NCBI GenBank assembly: GCA_964410585.1
Contig: CAYPFW010000001.1
Span: 320,001 to 384,000 of the forward strand
DNA from: an uncultured archaeon
GTDB lineage: Archaea; Aenigmatarchaeota; Aenigmatarchaeia; QMZP01; JACQNV01
Direction of reading: 5' to 3'
DNA length: 64,000 nt
Numbering within the stretch: the stretch's first letter is position 1; each line of letters opens with the position of its first letter. The position numbers and the translations under genes are program-made. Of this stretch, positions 1-10,544 are shown piece by piece. The notes under the pieces were generated by a model. That model was not told the origin of the DNA and searched no databases. It was given only the letters and a program-made list of their open reading frames with translations.

Positions 1-11
1 GAAAAAATCCA

Positions 12-929
12 GTGACTTTGGCTAACATTGCTTTTAGGATATCTGGAGATTATCCTGTTTTACATAAGAGTTTATTAGATCGCGGACTAGATGTTAGGGA
101 GTTTAGTTTTGAAAGGGATCCGCAAACAAACTATGATTCTTCTACTCCTGCTTTAGCTGGAAGAAAGCTGCTTGTTGCTGACACTGATTTAGGTTCTGAT
201 GACTATTTTTTTATCGCTAAAAGATTGGCAAGAACAGGATCATTTGATTTTAGATATTTAACTCAAAACCCGCAAAGGGTGCACACACCAGAAGATTTGT
301 TTTTGGAAGCATACTCACAAGGGATGGAGATGAAACCACAAGATCTTGGAGCAGATGTTCAAAGGTTTGTACAAAAGTATAGGGAAGTTGTTGGCTCCGG
401 TTTTAAGGTCGCTGGATCTGCAGAAACTAGAAGGCTTGCACTTGGTATAGCTTTAGCAATAAATGATCAGAGAAGAGACGTTTACACTGATTCACCCGGC
501 AAAGACTGTCTTGTTGTTTATTTGGACAAGAGAAAGAACCCAAGAATAAGGAGAGGCGACAGGAAAAGAAAAATACTTTTGGTTGAAGACACTAGAGATT
601 CTGCGAAAGTACTGACTGATATGATAAGAGGACATAATGATTTATATGAAATTGAAGTTTTTACAGATGCAGAAAAAGGATTGGAAAGGTTGAAGAAAGA
701 AAGGCCCGATGTTGTAATCACTGATGTTATGATGCCTCATGTTAACGGTTTAGAGATAGCTGAAGAAGCTGGACAATTAAAAACGCCTGTAATACTTATG
801 ACTGCTTATCCTGATAGATATGCATCAAGGGAGGCCCAAAGATTGGGAATAAGATATTTTTTTGAGAAACCGATTTCAACAGAAAAGCTGATGGACGCAA
901 TAGAAGATTTGACTTGGGCAGTCGCTTAG
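12..929 (+). CDS. Response-regulator receiver (REC) domain protein with unknown N-terminal region
   Basis: The C-terminal part has LLVED, DVMMP (phosphoacceptor Asp), MTA and EKP receiver motifs. The start is uncertain because it lies at the window edge. Confidence 0.8.
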   Translation: MTLANIAFRISGDYPVLHKSLLDRGLDVREFSFERDPQTNYDSSTPALAGRKLLVADTDLGSDDYFFIAKRLARTGSFDFRYLTQNPQRVHTPEDLFLEAYSQGMEMKPQDLGADVQRFVQKYREVVGSGFKVAGSAETRRLALGIALAINDQRRDVYTDSPGKDCLVVYLDKRKNPRIRRGDRKRKILLVEDTRDSAKVLTDMIRGHNDLYEIEVFTDAEKGLERLKKERPDVVITDVMMPHVNGLEIAEEAGQLKTPVILMTAYPDRYASREAQRLGIRYFFEKPISTEKLMDAIEDLTWAVA

Positions 930-1026
930 AGTGACAACATCGATAGGTAGTAACATTTTTAAAACTATTTCTTATAGTAATGTATAGATCAGACACAGGG
1001 TGTGAAATCTAAAGTGATTAGTTTAT

Positions 1027-1821
1027 ATGAGTCCAAGAAAATACAGACCAAAAACAGAAAGAGGATACAAATCAGCTGCATTTTTCGATGTAGATGGGAC
1101 TTTAGTCAGCGGTTTTTTGCTTATAGAGTTTGCACGATATTTGAATGAGAGGAACTTGTTTCCAGTACACATGGTTAGGGCACTGGAAGAAGAAGACGAA
1201 AGTTTTAGAAGCCCGCGATTGCCTTTAGATCTTGGACAAGAAATATTAGAGTTTGAAAATTTTGCAGGCCGTTTACTAAGAATATACGGCGAAGGAATTA
1301 GAAACAGGAGCAGGTATCAAATATCAGAAGAAGCTGGGAAATTTATTGGTGAAAAATCAGAAGATAGGTTCATTTATACAAAACCGCTAATAAGGCTTGT
1401 TAGAGAGTATGGATATGTTCCTGTTTTAGTAAGCGGTGGACCAGCTGAAATTGTTCAGCAATTTGCTAGAAGATTAGGTATAGAAAAAGAGTGGGTATTT
1501 TCAACAACTTATGAAGTGGACTCAGGAACGTTTACAGGCAGGGTACATACGACTGCTGCAAAGGCTGAGGAAAAAATAAAAATTGTAGATGGGTTTGCAA
1601 GGAAAAATAGAATTGACCTGGCAACATCTGCGGCTTTTGGAGATAGCATTCTCGATGTTGGTTTTTTGGGTAGTGTTAAATATAAATTTCCAATAAATCC
1701 TAGCAGGAAGCTAGCTGAAATAGCTGAAAAAGAAGGAGAGGGAAAGGGATGGTTTATTTGCGAAAACCCTGACACAGTGATGGTTGTTGTAAGTAAAAAC
1801 CTTCCAAAATTGACAAAATGA
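1027..1821 (+). CDS. HAD-superfamily subfamily IB hydrolase (SerB-like)
   Basis: FFDVDGTL motif I, LVSGG motif II, K plus GDSILD motif III/IV. Confidence 0.85.
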   Translation: MSPRKYRPKTERGYKSAAFFDVDGTLVSGFLLIEFARYLNERNLFPVHMVRALEEEDESFRSPRLPLDLGQEILEFENFAGRLLRIYGEGIRNRSRYQISEEAGKFIGEKSEDRFIYTKPLIRLVREYGYVPVLVSGGPAEIVQQFARRLGIEKEWVFSTTYEVDSGTFTGRVHTTAAKAEEKIKIVDGFARKNRIDLATSAAFGDSILDVGFLGSVKYKFPINPSRKLAEIAEKEGEGKGWFICENPDTVMVVVSKNLPKLTK

Positions 1822-1853
1822 TTATTTAAAACTTATTAACAAAATTTTTTGCT

Positions 1854-2672
1854 ATGGCAATACAATTTAACCGGGAAGTTGCAGAGTGGTATGATGATTA
1901 TAGAACAACCTTTTATAATTATCCAGAAGAAGCACAGACAGCAGCAGAGATAATAAGGGAATTACGGCCAGACGCTAGAAGGATATTGGAGGTTGGTGTT
2001 GGTACAGGAACATTTGCAATAGAATTAGCTAGATTGGGTTTTGACGTTGACGGAATTGACAATTCACCTTTCATGTTGAAAATAGCACAGGATAAAGTTG
2101 ATAGGGAAAAAAAACAGATACAAAGGAGAGTAAGTTTGACTACAAGAAGGTGCGAGAACATGAATTTAGAAGGTGATGGAAGACTGCATCCGCCATATGA
2201 TGCTACTTTGTCACACGGTTTGTTTATGCTTATAGGGCAAAGAGCAGGATTTGCTTATGCTTCTTATATTTTGGGAAGGGGCGAAAACAGGAAAGCATTT
2301 GAAAGGATATATCGTTATGCTGTAGATGGGAGGGAGACAGGACAAGGTGGTTTGCTTTTGATAAATACAATACGAGACTATCAACCTGAAAGAAGAGATA
2401 GAGATCCTGTTGACATACCCGGAGGTGGACAGTGGAATGTAAGAGTTGACTTAGTTCCTTATGATGATCGTGGAAGGGGACAACTTTGGACACGATATAC
2501 ACACGAAGCTCCCGGAAAACAGGCTAGAACATATTCATTCCAAAAATCAGTATTCAGGAAAGAAGAGATTGATACTGATTTGAGAGGAGCTGGATTTGAG
2601 TTTGTTGATGATAAGTTGGATAGAACAGGAACCCGCGGTTTTTATGTCTGGCAAAGAAGGGTAAATAGATAA
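1854..2672 (+). CDS. Class I SAM-dependent methyltransferase
   Basis: ILEVGVGTG motif I, followed by GIDNSPFML. Confidence 0.85.
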   Translation: MAIQFNREVAEWYDDYRTTFYNYPEEAQTAAEIIRELRPDARRILEVGVGTGTFAIELARLGFDVDGIDNSPFMLKIAQDKVDREKKQIQRRVSLTTRRCENMNLEGDGRLHPPYDATLSHGLFMLIGQRAGFAYASYILGRGENRKAFERIYRYAVDGRETGQGGLLLINTIRDYQPERRDRDPVDIPGGGQWNVRVDLVPYDDRGRGQLWTRYTHEAPGKQARTYSFQKSVFRKEEIDTDLRGAGFEFVDDKLDRTGTRGFYVWQRRVNR

Positions 2673-2733
2673 TATGTCTTTTTATATTATCAAAATGTAA
2701 GCTTTTTAAATACCTGAATATACTATTGTTAAT

Positions 2734-3825
2734 ATGTCTATCTTTAACTTGACAAATAAGGAAAAATTGGTTTTCTACAATCTTGTAAAATATCCTGAAC
2801 TAAATGATATTGAGCTTTCTGGAAAAACAGGCATCAAAAGGTCTACAGTCACTGCAATAAAAAATAGGCTGAAAGTTGAAAAGTATTATTCGACAATAGT
2901 GATTCCAAATGTAGCTGCACTTGGTTGTAAGGTTCTAAGTATTGTCTATGGAAAATTTAACCCTCAATATCCAAGAGAGGTAAGGGCAAAGGGAAAATCT
3001 TTTTCATCAAAACTGGAGCACCCAGAAGCTGTTTGGGTCCAAACAAGCGACACAGAAGCTTTCATACTTTATTTGTCTAAGGATTTGACAGATGCAAGGA
3101 AAGCTCAAGACTACTATATTTTAGACTATGAGGCACACAATTTTTATGATTTTGTAGAAAGGATTTTTTATCCTATAGACCTTTGTAACATTTATTCTTT
3201 TTTTGACTTTTCGACAACATTGGCTAGGTTGTTTGGTTATAAAAATGATTTACAGATTAAACCGTTGTGGAAAAGGGAGGCTGATGTTTCTTTGACAAAC
3301 ACAGAGAAAAAAATATTCCATTCAATTGTCAAATATCCTGAAGAGAACAACATTGAAATTTCAAAAATAACAGGCAAAACAAGGTCAACCGTCAGCAAAG
3401 TGAGGAAAAAACTTTTGGATCAAGAGTTGATAAAAATAGTTAATATACCAAATTTGGATAAATTGGGTTCTGAGTTGATGGTTTTCTATCATGCAAAGTT
3501 TAACCCCAAATTCACTTTGAAAGACAGAAAAGAAGGTATAGAGCTTCTTACAAAAACATCGACACCTGTTTTCCAAATAAGCGGGGACATAGAAGCCTGC
3601 GGTCTTTTTGCTTTCAAAAATTATACAGAATATACAGACCTATACAACAAAATTTTGTCATATTACAAGGAAAAACAATTCATAAATGAGAATCCTTTTT
3701 TGCTTTTTTTCCCGTTCCAGCAGTTGAAGTGGACAAAATTGGACTTTGCTTCTTTAACAGAAAAACTTCTTTTTGGGGAAAAAATAAAGAAGGAGAAGCC
3801 AATAAAAGAAAAGATTGAAACTTAG
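2734..3825 (+). CDS. Tandem-duplicated Lrp/AsnC-like winged-HTH transcriptional regulator
   Basis: Two internally homologous halves (LTNKEK..VKYPE..RSTV and LTNTEK..VKYPE..RSTV), each an HTH followed by a RAM-like region. Confidence 0.7.
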   Translation: MSIFNLTNKEKLVFYNLVKYPELNDIELSGKTGIKRSTVTAIKNRLKVEKYYSTIVIPNVAALGCKVLSIVYGKFNPQYPREVRAKGKSFSSKLEHPEAVWVQTSDTEAFILYLSKDLTDARKAQDYYILDYEAHNFYDFVERIFYPIDLCNIYSFFDFSTTLARLFGYKNDLQIKPLWKREADVSLTNTEKKIFHSIVKYPEENNIEISKITGKTRSTVSKVRKKLLDQELIKIVNIPNLDKLGSELMVFYHAKFNPKFTLKDRKEGIELLTKTSTPVFQISGDIEACGLFAFKNYTEYTDLYNKILSYYKEKQFINENPFLLFFPFQQLKWTKLDFASLTEKLLFGEKIKKEKPIKEKIET

Positions 3826-3866
3826 GGATTCTTGGAATTTTGTGAAAAACTTTAAAAAAATCGATT

Positions 3867-4568
3867 TCAATTTGACTTTTCAGATTCTTTTTTCAGTTCG
3901 TGTTTGGCCATTTCTTTTCTGACCATTTCCTTGACTTTTTCCTTTTCGACTCCAAAGTAGCTTTCAAACTCTTTTGTGAGTTTTAAGATTTTTGTCCTCT
4001 TGAAAGGCTCTCTTTTTATCATTCCCCTTTCCTCGAGCTCTTTGACATAGTCGTATGCTTTGCTTCCCTGCATATCGATTAACTCTGATTGTTTTAGAGG
4101 CTCTTTGTAAACTATCATGGCCAAAGCTTTTTTGAGACCAGTTGATAAATCTTGGTGAGGTGTCAAACCTGAAACTTTGTGTATGAGCTCCTTTCTCACC
4201 TGCATTTGGTAGCCATCGGCCACTTCCAAAATCTCTATTCCATTTTTTGCGTAGTCATGCTTCAACTCCTCAACTATTTTTTTGACTAAACCCAAAGAAC
4301 TAACTCCAACTATTCTAGAAATTTCATCAATTTTGAGAGGCTTTGTTGAAGTGAAGAGAGCGGCCTCTATAAGCTGTTTTTCAGTTGGAACAAAAGAAGG
4401 ATCGAGGACAATTGGTTCTGGTTGTTGAATAGGCTGAACTTGCTCTTGTACCTCTTTCTCAGGAAGTTTTTTCTTTTTTTGCGGTTTTATTTCCTGAACT
4501 GCCACTGAAATTTCTTCTTCGTACAATTTTGAGAATGGGTCTATTAGAACCTCATCGAGTTTAGCCAT
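3867..4568 (-). CDS. scpB: SMC-Scp complex subunit ScpB
   Basis: IEAALF...GYQMQV...LAMIVYKEP...YFG signature; adjacent to scpA. Confidence 0.93.
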   Translation of the reverse strand: MAKLDEVLIDPFSKLYEEEISVAVQEIKPQKKKKLPEKEVQEQVQPIQQPEPIVLDPSFVPTEKQLIEAALFTSTKPLKIDEISRIVGVSSLGLVKKIVEELKHDYAKNGIEILEVADGYQMQVRKELIHKVSGLTPHQDLSTGLKKALAMIVYKEPLKQSELIDMQGSKAYDYVKELEERGMIKREPFKRTKILKLTKEFESYFGVEKEKVKEMVRKEMAKHELKKESEKSN

Positions 4569-4571
4569 AGA

Positions 4572-5453
4572 TTAATTGTTGACCTTCCTTTTATTAATTT
4601 TGGATTTTGGTGAATTTGACTTTTTTGAAAAACCGTTTTGTGACTGATTTTTTGTTTCAGGTTTTGAAAAGGAAAGGCTAGGATTATTTGGTTTTTTTGT
4701 AAAATTTTCATTTTTGGGTGTAATTGACTGCACCTGGAAAAGGCTAGCTCCATTCTCTAGCTTCTTTACATAAATCTCATCGAAAAATTCTTGTTGTGTA
4801 CACTCCACCTTTTTATCGTGGTCTAAATGCATCAAAGGCATGAATGTTTCCACTATATTTTTGCTGTCCCATGAAGGTACAAGAGTTGAGAATTTTACTT
4901 CTTCATCTTTTATTTTTCCTAAAAGAGAGTTTATTTTTTCGTATAATGTTTTTATCCTATCTGACACTGTAATTTCGTTTATGACTATTTTTTCCATTCT
5001 TTTCTTAAGTCTAAGTTCCCTTCTTTCTTTTGTATCAACTATTTTTTTCAGGGAATCTATCAAATCTGTGACAGCAACTCTTCTTGCTGGAAGCCTTCTT
5101 GACGGTATGCTGAAATCACCTATATCAAGGGCAAGCCTTGTTGATTCTGTTTCTCCATTTTCGATGAAAGAGCTGTCTTCTGCTTCCTGTCCGAAGTCTA
5201 GGAATTGAAGAAAGTCTGACTTCATTCTTAGAAGAACAGCAGAAATAATTATGTATTTAGCGGGTATCCTAAAATCAATCTCGTCAACTTTGTTAATAAA
5301 TTTTAAAAATGAGTCAGATAAAACAGATAGATTTAAGTTCCAAGGGTCCAAACCCTCAGCTGCAATTATTTCGTAAACAACTTGCTCCCAAGAATAATCC
5401 TTGGTTATGTACTCCAGAATCCGTTTTTCCATCCCGTTCACGGTTGCTTGCAT
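4572..5453 (-). CDS. scpA: Segregation/condensation protein ScpA (kleisin)
   Basis: LDPWNLNL and AVLLRMKS motifs, C-terminal FMPLMHL..QQEFF. The ORF-track start at 5546 overlaps Hel308, so the true start is probably 5453 or 5432. Confidence 0.9.
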   Translation of the reverse strand: MQATVNGMEKRILEYITKDYSWEQVVYEIIAAEGLDPWNLNLSVLSDSFLKFINKVDEIDFRIPAKYIIISAVLLRMKSDFLQFLDFGQEAEDSSFIENGETESTRLALDIGDFSIPSRRLPARRVAVTDLIDSLKKIVDTKERRELRLKKRMEKIVINEITVSDRIKTLYEKINSLLGKIKDEEVKFSTLVPSWDSKNIVETFMPLMHLDHDKKVECTQQEFFDEIYVKKLENGASLFQVQSITPKNENFTKKPNNPSLSFSKPETKNQSQNGFSKKSNSPKSKINKRKVNN

Positions 5454-5544
5454 ACATGATGTATTATTGTCGAACAAACTTAAATATACGCAGCCTTTTC
5501 CTTGTTTATCCAAAACAATATATCTCTTTGCACTAATTAAATGC

Positions 5545-7707
5545 ATGTTTGATTCTATTCAAAAAGTTTTGGAACTTTCTGGTTTTAGCGAACTCAATCC
5601 TGCACAAAGGGCCGCTGTAGATGCTGGTTTACTCAACGATAAGAATTTGGTTGTTGCTGCGCCAACTGCTTCTGGAAAAACACTAATTGCGGAAATCGCT
5701 GCACTGGATACAATTAAAAAAGGAAGGAAAGTTGTTTATATTGTCCCGCTCAGGGCTTTGGCAACTGAAAAATATGAGGAGTTTAGGGAAAAATATGAAA
5801 GCCTTGGAATTAAAGTTGCAATTTCAATTGGCGATTTTGATGCATCTGACAACTGGTTAGGAAGCCAGGATATAATTATTGTAACATCTGAAAAGTTAGA
5901 CTCCCTTCTCAGACATGGTACACCATGGATAAATATGGTTGGTTTACTTGTGGTAGATGAGATACATCTCCTAGATTCAGCAGACAGAGGTCCGACTTTG
6001 GAGGTTGTTTTGACAAGATTAAGACAGGTTTGCAACCCAAAGATTTTGGGCCTTTCGGCTACAATCAACAACTACCAAGATTTGGCAAAATGGTTGGATG
6101 CTAATTCAGTTAGATCAGATTATAGGCCCGTTAAATTGACAAAGGGCATATGCTTTGGAAGCAAGATTGAATTTAATTCAGGCGAAGTTTTTGAATTTGA
6201 GAGTTTGCAAGACGAACTTGATTTTATTATAAGGGATACAATGTCGAAAAATAAGCAAGCACTTGTTTTTGTTTCAACAAGAAAGTCAACAGAGTCAACA
6301 GCAGAAAGGGTTGGATCTGTTTTAAGGACAGGATTATTTGGTTTAAATCCAACTTCAAAAGAACAATTAAACGAAATTGCGAAAGAAATAGAGAGTGCTT
6401 TGGAGAATCCAACAGATCAATGCCTCAGACTAGCTAACTGTATTAGAGCAGGATCCGCATTCCACCATGCCGGATTGGTAAACAAGCAAAGGAAGATAAT
6501 TGAGGATGCCTTTAGAAAGGGATTGGTAAAAGTTGTAAGTTGTACACCCACTCTGGCTGCTGGTTTGAACTTGCCTGCATATAGGGTTGTAATAAAAGAC
6601 CTCAAAAGGTTCTCTTCTTTCAAAGGTATGGATTTTTTACCTAACTTAGAAATAGAGCAAATGTGTGGAAGGGCTGGAAGACCTAAATATGATGATAAAG
6701 GCGAAGCTATTCTTGTTCCTAAAAATCAAAGGGAATCTGTATATGCCTTGGAAAATTACATAAACGGACAAACAGAAAACATTTACTCCAAGCTTGGTGT
6801 TGAACCTGTTTTAAGAACTCATATACTTGCTTTGATAGCTTCAGGAGTTGTCACAAACAAACAAGAACTTGAAAACTTTTTCAAAAAAACTTTCTATGCA
6901 CACCAATTTAAAGATTTTGACCAGTTAAAAATAAAGTTGGATAAGATGTTGAATTTATTGGTGAAGTTTGGATTTGTTTCGACAGATCAGGAAAGCGATG
7001 ATAGCCCTTTCAAAAGAGCAAACTCACTGACAGAAGAGAAGAAATTAGAACCAACTAAAATTGGAAAAAGGGTTTCTGAACTATACATAGATCCTATAAC
7101 TGCCAATTATTTGATAAAAGTTTTTGAAAGGGTAAAAACAGACGGTGTAAGCTGGTTTGGTATGTTGCATATAATGGCTAGATGCATGGAGGCTAGGCCA
7201 CTTATTTCTGCAAAGAAAAAAGATGCTGAGATATTAAATGAGATTTTAGCGAAGGAGATGGATGGATTGATAGATAAGATGCCTAACGAGTGGGATGTTG
7301 AATATGAAGACTACATGGATTCTGTAAAGACTGCTACTGTTTTTTATTATTGGATAAATGAAATGGGCGAGGACAAAATATTAGAAGAGTTATCTGTCAC
7401 ACCAGGAGAATTGAGAGCTAGGTTGGATATACTTGATTGGTTGCTTTATTCTTCAACTGAATTAGCTCTCCTATTAAACCATATGGATATGCTGAAAAAT
7501 TTGAAAAAACTTAGGGTGAGAGTGGAATATGGAATAAAAGAAGAGCTTTTACCATTAATAAAACTAAAAGGCATTGGAAGAGTAAGAGCACGACAATTGC
7601 ATTCTGCTGGCTTGAAGGATATTGGCGATCTGAAAAAGGTTCATATAGAGAGTTTGCAGAGGCTTGTAGGTACTAAGACTGCGGAAAAGATAAAGGAGCA
7701 GTTATAA
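5545..7707 (+). CDS. hel308: Hel308/Hjm Ski2-like DNA helicase
   Basis: PTASGKT, DEIH, SAT, GRAGRP, and a C-terminal HhH (KGIGRVRAR). Start set at MFDSIQ. Confidence 0.93.
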   Translation: MFDSIQKVLELSGFSELNPAQRAAVDAGLLNDKNLVVAAPTASGKTLIAEIAALDTIKKGRKVVYIVPLRALATEKYEEFREKYESLGIKVAISIGDFDASDNWLGSQDIIIVTSEKLDSLLRHGTPWINMVGLLVVDEIHLLDSADRGPTLEVVLTRLRQVCNPKILGLSATINNYQDLAKWLDANSVRSDYRPVKLTKGICFGSKIEFNSGEVFEFESLQDELDFIIRDTMSKNKQALVFVSTRKSTESTAERVGSVLRTGLFGLNPTSKEQLNEIAKEIESALENPTDQCLRLANCIRAGSAFHHAGLVNKQRKIIEDAFRKGLVKVVSCTPTLAAGLNLPAYRVVIKDLKRFSSFKGMDFLPNLEIEQMCGRAGRPKYDDKGEAILVPKNQRESVYALENYINGQTENIYSKLGVEPVLRTHILALIASGVVTNKQELENFFKKTFYAHQFKDFDQLKIKLDKMLNLLVKFGFVSTDQESDDSPFKRANSLTEEKKLEPTKIGKRVSELYIDPITANYLIKVFERVKTDGVSWFGMLHIMARCMEARPLISAKKKDAEILNEILAKEMDGLIDKMPNEWDVEYEDYMDSVKTATVFYYWINEMGEDKILEELSVTPGELRARLDILDWLLYSSTELALLLNHMDMLKNLKKLRVRVEYGIKEELLPLIKLKGIGRVRARQLHSAGLKDIGDLKKVHIESLQRLVGTKTAEKIKEQL

Positions 7708-7715
7708 ATTATTTT

Positions 7716-8120
7716 ATGGGATGTTTGTTTTGCAGTTGGCTGGAAAAGAGGCACCAAATTCTTTGGGAAGATGAAAATGTAGTTGTGTTTGTAGCTGACT
7801 TGGCTTATACAAAAGGCCACCTTTTAGTTTGTTCGAAAAAACATTATGAGAGCATATACGATGCGCCTGAAAATTTGAGAAAAAATATTTTTGATACTTG
7901 TTTGAAAATGGGGAAGACACTTCAAAATAAATTAGGAGTAAAAGGATATACTCTTGGGCTAAATGAAAAATTGTATATTGTTCAACCGGAGAAAAAAACG
8001 CATGTTAAACACATACACATGCATGTCATACCAAGATCCGGAGAAAAAATTTCTTTTGAGGAAAGGGTTAATTTGACAAACGAAGAAGTAAATGAACTTA
8101 TTAGAATTTTAAGAGACTAA
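7716..8120 (+). CDS. HIT family hydrolase
   Basis: CLFC at the N-terminus, GHLLV, and the HIHMHVIPR histidine triad. Confidence 0.92.
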   Translation: MGCLFCSWLEKRHQILWEDENVVVFVADLAYTKGHLLVCSKKHYESIYDAPENLRKNIFDTCLKMGKTLQNKLGVKGYTLGLNEKLYIVQPEKKTHVKHIHMHVIPRSGEKISFEERVNLTNEEVNELIRILRD

Positions 8121-8475
8121 TAACCTGATTTGGCATTGCATCTATTGCTTGCTTTGATAAAAAATCCTCTAGCTTTGTTTTTTCAACCCAAGAAAAATCT
8201 TTGAATTCTTTTGGTAGAATTGGATCATCTGATTTTGGGTAAAATTCATAGAAATATATTGTTGAATTTGGGAGAATTATGAGATCTATGAAGTCTTTTA
8301 GCTCCAGATCAAGTCCAAATTTTTGCCCTATTTTTTGCAGACCTGCTGCTTCTGGCTCTTCACTTTCGACAACTTCACATGTCGGAAACTGCCAGACTGT
8401 TCTAAAACCATCTTTTTTGCTTATCAAAAGAGTTTTATTATTTTTTCTAATCAAGGCTACTATACCTCTTTTCAT
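8101..8475 (-). CDS. NUDIX-fold protein with degenerate Nudix box
   Basis: WQFPTCEVVESEEPEAAG resembles a decayed Nudix motif. Confidence 0.6.
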   Translation of the reverse strand: MKRGIVALIRKNNKTLLISKKDGFRTVWQFPTCEVVESEEPEAAGLQKIGQKFGLDLELKDFIDLIILPNSTIYFYEFYPKSDDPILPKEFKDFSWVEKTKLEDFLSKQAIDAMPNQVISLLKF

Positions 8476-8557
8476 GGTTTAATATTGTTTTTAAATTTTA
8501 TATTTCTGATCTTATCCAAATTTTAAATTTTTTTCTTTAGTAAAGTGTTTTTGTAAA

Positions 8558-8640
8558 TAGCCTCTTTTGGGTACTGTAGACTTTTCTCAGATTTCGGCCT
8601 TATAACATAAGGTCCTTTCATTTTAAGAAAGGGCTAGACT
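8558..8640 (-). repeat. Dispersed repeat family A (divergent copy)
   Basis: TTTTGGGTACTGTAGACTTTTC matches the copies at 14863, 36101 and 53197. Confidence 0.55.
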
Positions 8641-8711
8641 TTCATCTAGAAGAAGAAAAAATAGAAATAGATTTTTGTAATTGTTATGTATATCTCTTGA
8701 AAGATATAGCT

Positions 8712-8939
8712 TTAAACAGAATTAAGAGCTTTTACAACAAAGCCTAGCATTTCTTTATCTGTTGGTATTGCTATAGACTTTTTGAATCTTTTTGTTCCAT
8801 CTGGCAAGAAAAACCCTCTTGATAAAGAGATGAATTCATTTTCACCGTCTTCTGTTTTTGCTTTCTTTCTTGCTATTTCGATGAAGTTGTTTTTTCCGAA
8901 TTTTAGTTCTTCGGCTTTTACTGTTTCGAATTCTACCAT
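8712..8939 (-). CDS. Small conserved protein, possibly PC4/whirly-like ssDNA/RNA-binding fold
   Basis: GGAGG SD. The pattern FIEIARK..FISLSRGF..G.KRFKKSIAIP is beta-rich with a terminal helix. The fold call is an inference. Confidence 0.55.
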   Translation of the reverse strand: MVEFETVKAEELKFGKNNFIEIARKKAKTEDGENEFISLSRGFFLPDGTKRFKKSIAIPTDKEMLGFVVKALNSV

Positions 8940-9050
8940 ATTTGTTTCCTCCGTTTAGCTTTCCTTTTTTGTATCGGTTTTTGGTCGATACGGAAGCTTG
9001 CGTAAAGAGAAATAGTATACGGGCTATATAAAGGTTTATCGACCGGAAAA

Positions 9051-10346
9051 TTAAAATCTAATTAACGGGAAAACAAAATTTGCGATTATCAAAAGCAAGG
9101 TTAAATAGGAAATACCTGTTATCAAATCTTTTGCTCTTTTTGGGTGGATTTTTTTGAACAAAACATCCCACATTCTGCCGCCATCTAGCGGTTTTATTGG
9201 CATCATGTTTGCCAAACCAACTCCCAGATTGATCAGGAAGAGGAAGAAAATTAAACCGTGAACAAATCCAATTGCAGGCGCATATGGTGCAGATGCCTGC
9301 GTATATTCTTTAACTTCAAACAGGCCTGAAATTCCTATAAAGCCAGCCTCTGGTATGTCTGGATTTCCAACTGTTTTCACTGTGTAGGATTTTTCTTGTC
9401 CTCTATCTGTTAAAACAATTAGAGGGCTTGGATCAAAATAATTGTTCAGGTTTAGGAAACCTATTGGACTCGATGAAATTTTATCAAAAACCCTCTCAGA
9501 AAAAACAGCTTGTGGATGGAAAGATGCGTTTGGTGTTATTGTTTTGACGATTATCTCCTTTTCAGGGCCAATTTGTTTTAAGGCACTTGATAGATCATCC
9601 AAACTTTTTATTGTATATTCTTGGCCGGCTGATATTGATGTGATCACACCTGTCATGTTTACTGATTGCGCTGGATAATCTTTTATCACAGATTGGAAAG
9701 AGACACCTGAAGAAGAAAATACGCCTGAAAAGGCAAAGGTTGCTATTAATACACATAGGAAAGCGACGAAAAAGTTTGCAAGCGAGCCAACTGCAAATAT
9801 GTGCATTTGTGTCATTGTTTTTCTTTTTTGCAGTTGTTTTTCATCTGGCTCAACAAAAGCTAAGGGAATGACTAGGAACAGACCCCAGCCCAAGGATTTT
9901 ATTTTGATTTTGTGTGCAGCTGAGAGGATGCCATGCATGCCTTCATGGACAACAACAAGCAGACCTATAGCGATTATCCAATACCAAAATGGAACAGCTA
10001 AGACGCCTGGAGCAGTTGAAACTGTTTGAAATGGAGAAGGTAGGACCAAGGACAAGCCTGAAGGGCCGCCAACAGAAGCTACCCTAACTAAATTTTGGAT
10101 AAGTGTAATGAAAACGAAAACAGATGCATAGAAGCCTGCTGCAACGCCTAGATAACCGACACCTTTCCAGAATTTGGGATGAGAACTTCCTATTTTTTCA
10201 ACTGTTCTTTTTCCCTTTTGCGTGCGCCTTAGCAGAACAATAAATTCTCTTTTGAAATTTTTCCAGTCGATTATAACATAACCGGCTACCAAAACTATGA
10301 AAACTAGAACAGAGAGTATGTAAACAAAATCCCAGTCAATAGGCAT
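9051..10346 (-). CDS. Site-2 protease (M50) with PDZ-like insert
   Basis: HEGMH and NMMPIKPLDGG motifs; multiple TM segments. Confidence 0.92.
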   Translation of the reverse strand: MPIDWDFVYILSVLVFIVLVAGYVIIDWKNFKREFIVLLRRTQKGKRTVEKIGSSHPKFWKGVGYLGVAAGFYASVFVFITLIQNLVRVASVGGPSGLSLVLPSPFQTVSTAPGVLAVPFWYWIIAIGLLVVVHEGMHGILSAAHKIKIKSLGWGLFLVIPLAFVEPDEKQLQKRKTMTQMHIFAVGSLANFFVAFLCVLIATFAFSGVFSSSGVSFQSVIKDYPAQSVNMTGVITSISAGQEYTIKSLDDLSSALKQIGPEKEIIVKTITPNASFHPQAVFSERVFDKISSSPIGFLNLNNYFDPSPLIVLTDRGQEKSYTVKTVGNPDIPEAGFIGISGLFEVKEYTQASAPYAPAIGFVHGLIFFLFLINLGVGLANMMPIKPLDGGRMWDVLFKKIHPKRAKDLITGISYLTLLLIIANFVFPLIRF

Positions 10347-10544
10347 ATAGGTTAATAGGCAAAAGACATTTAATAAGGTTTGTTTTTTTGATGGTGTGTG
10401 CCTTTATATAACACTGTTATATTTTACTGCTCAAACCTCTTAGAATTTTATTTATATATCCTAAAATCAATTAATTCGATTAAGTTTTTAATGTTTTGGG
10501 AGGTAAAAAATACTGCTTTTTTAGTGGCGGTGTTTATCGATTAT

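Noticed and set aside
5401-5546. Apparent head-to-head overlap of scpA and hel308
   Set aside because: It is an artefact of longest-ORF start calls. The likely starts (5453 and 5545) leave a normal divergent promoter region.
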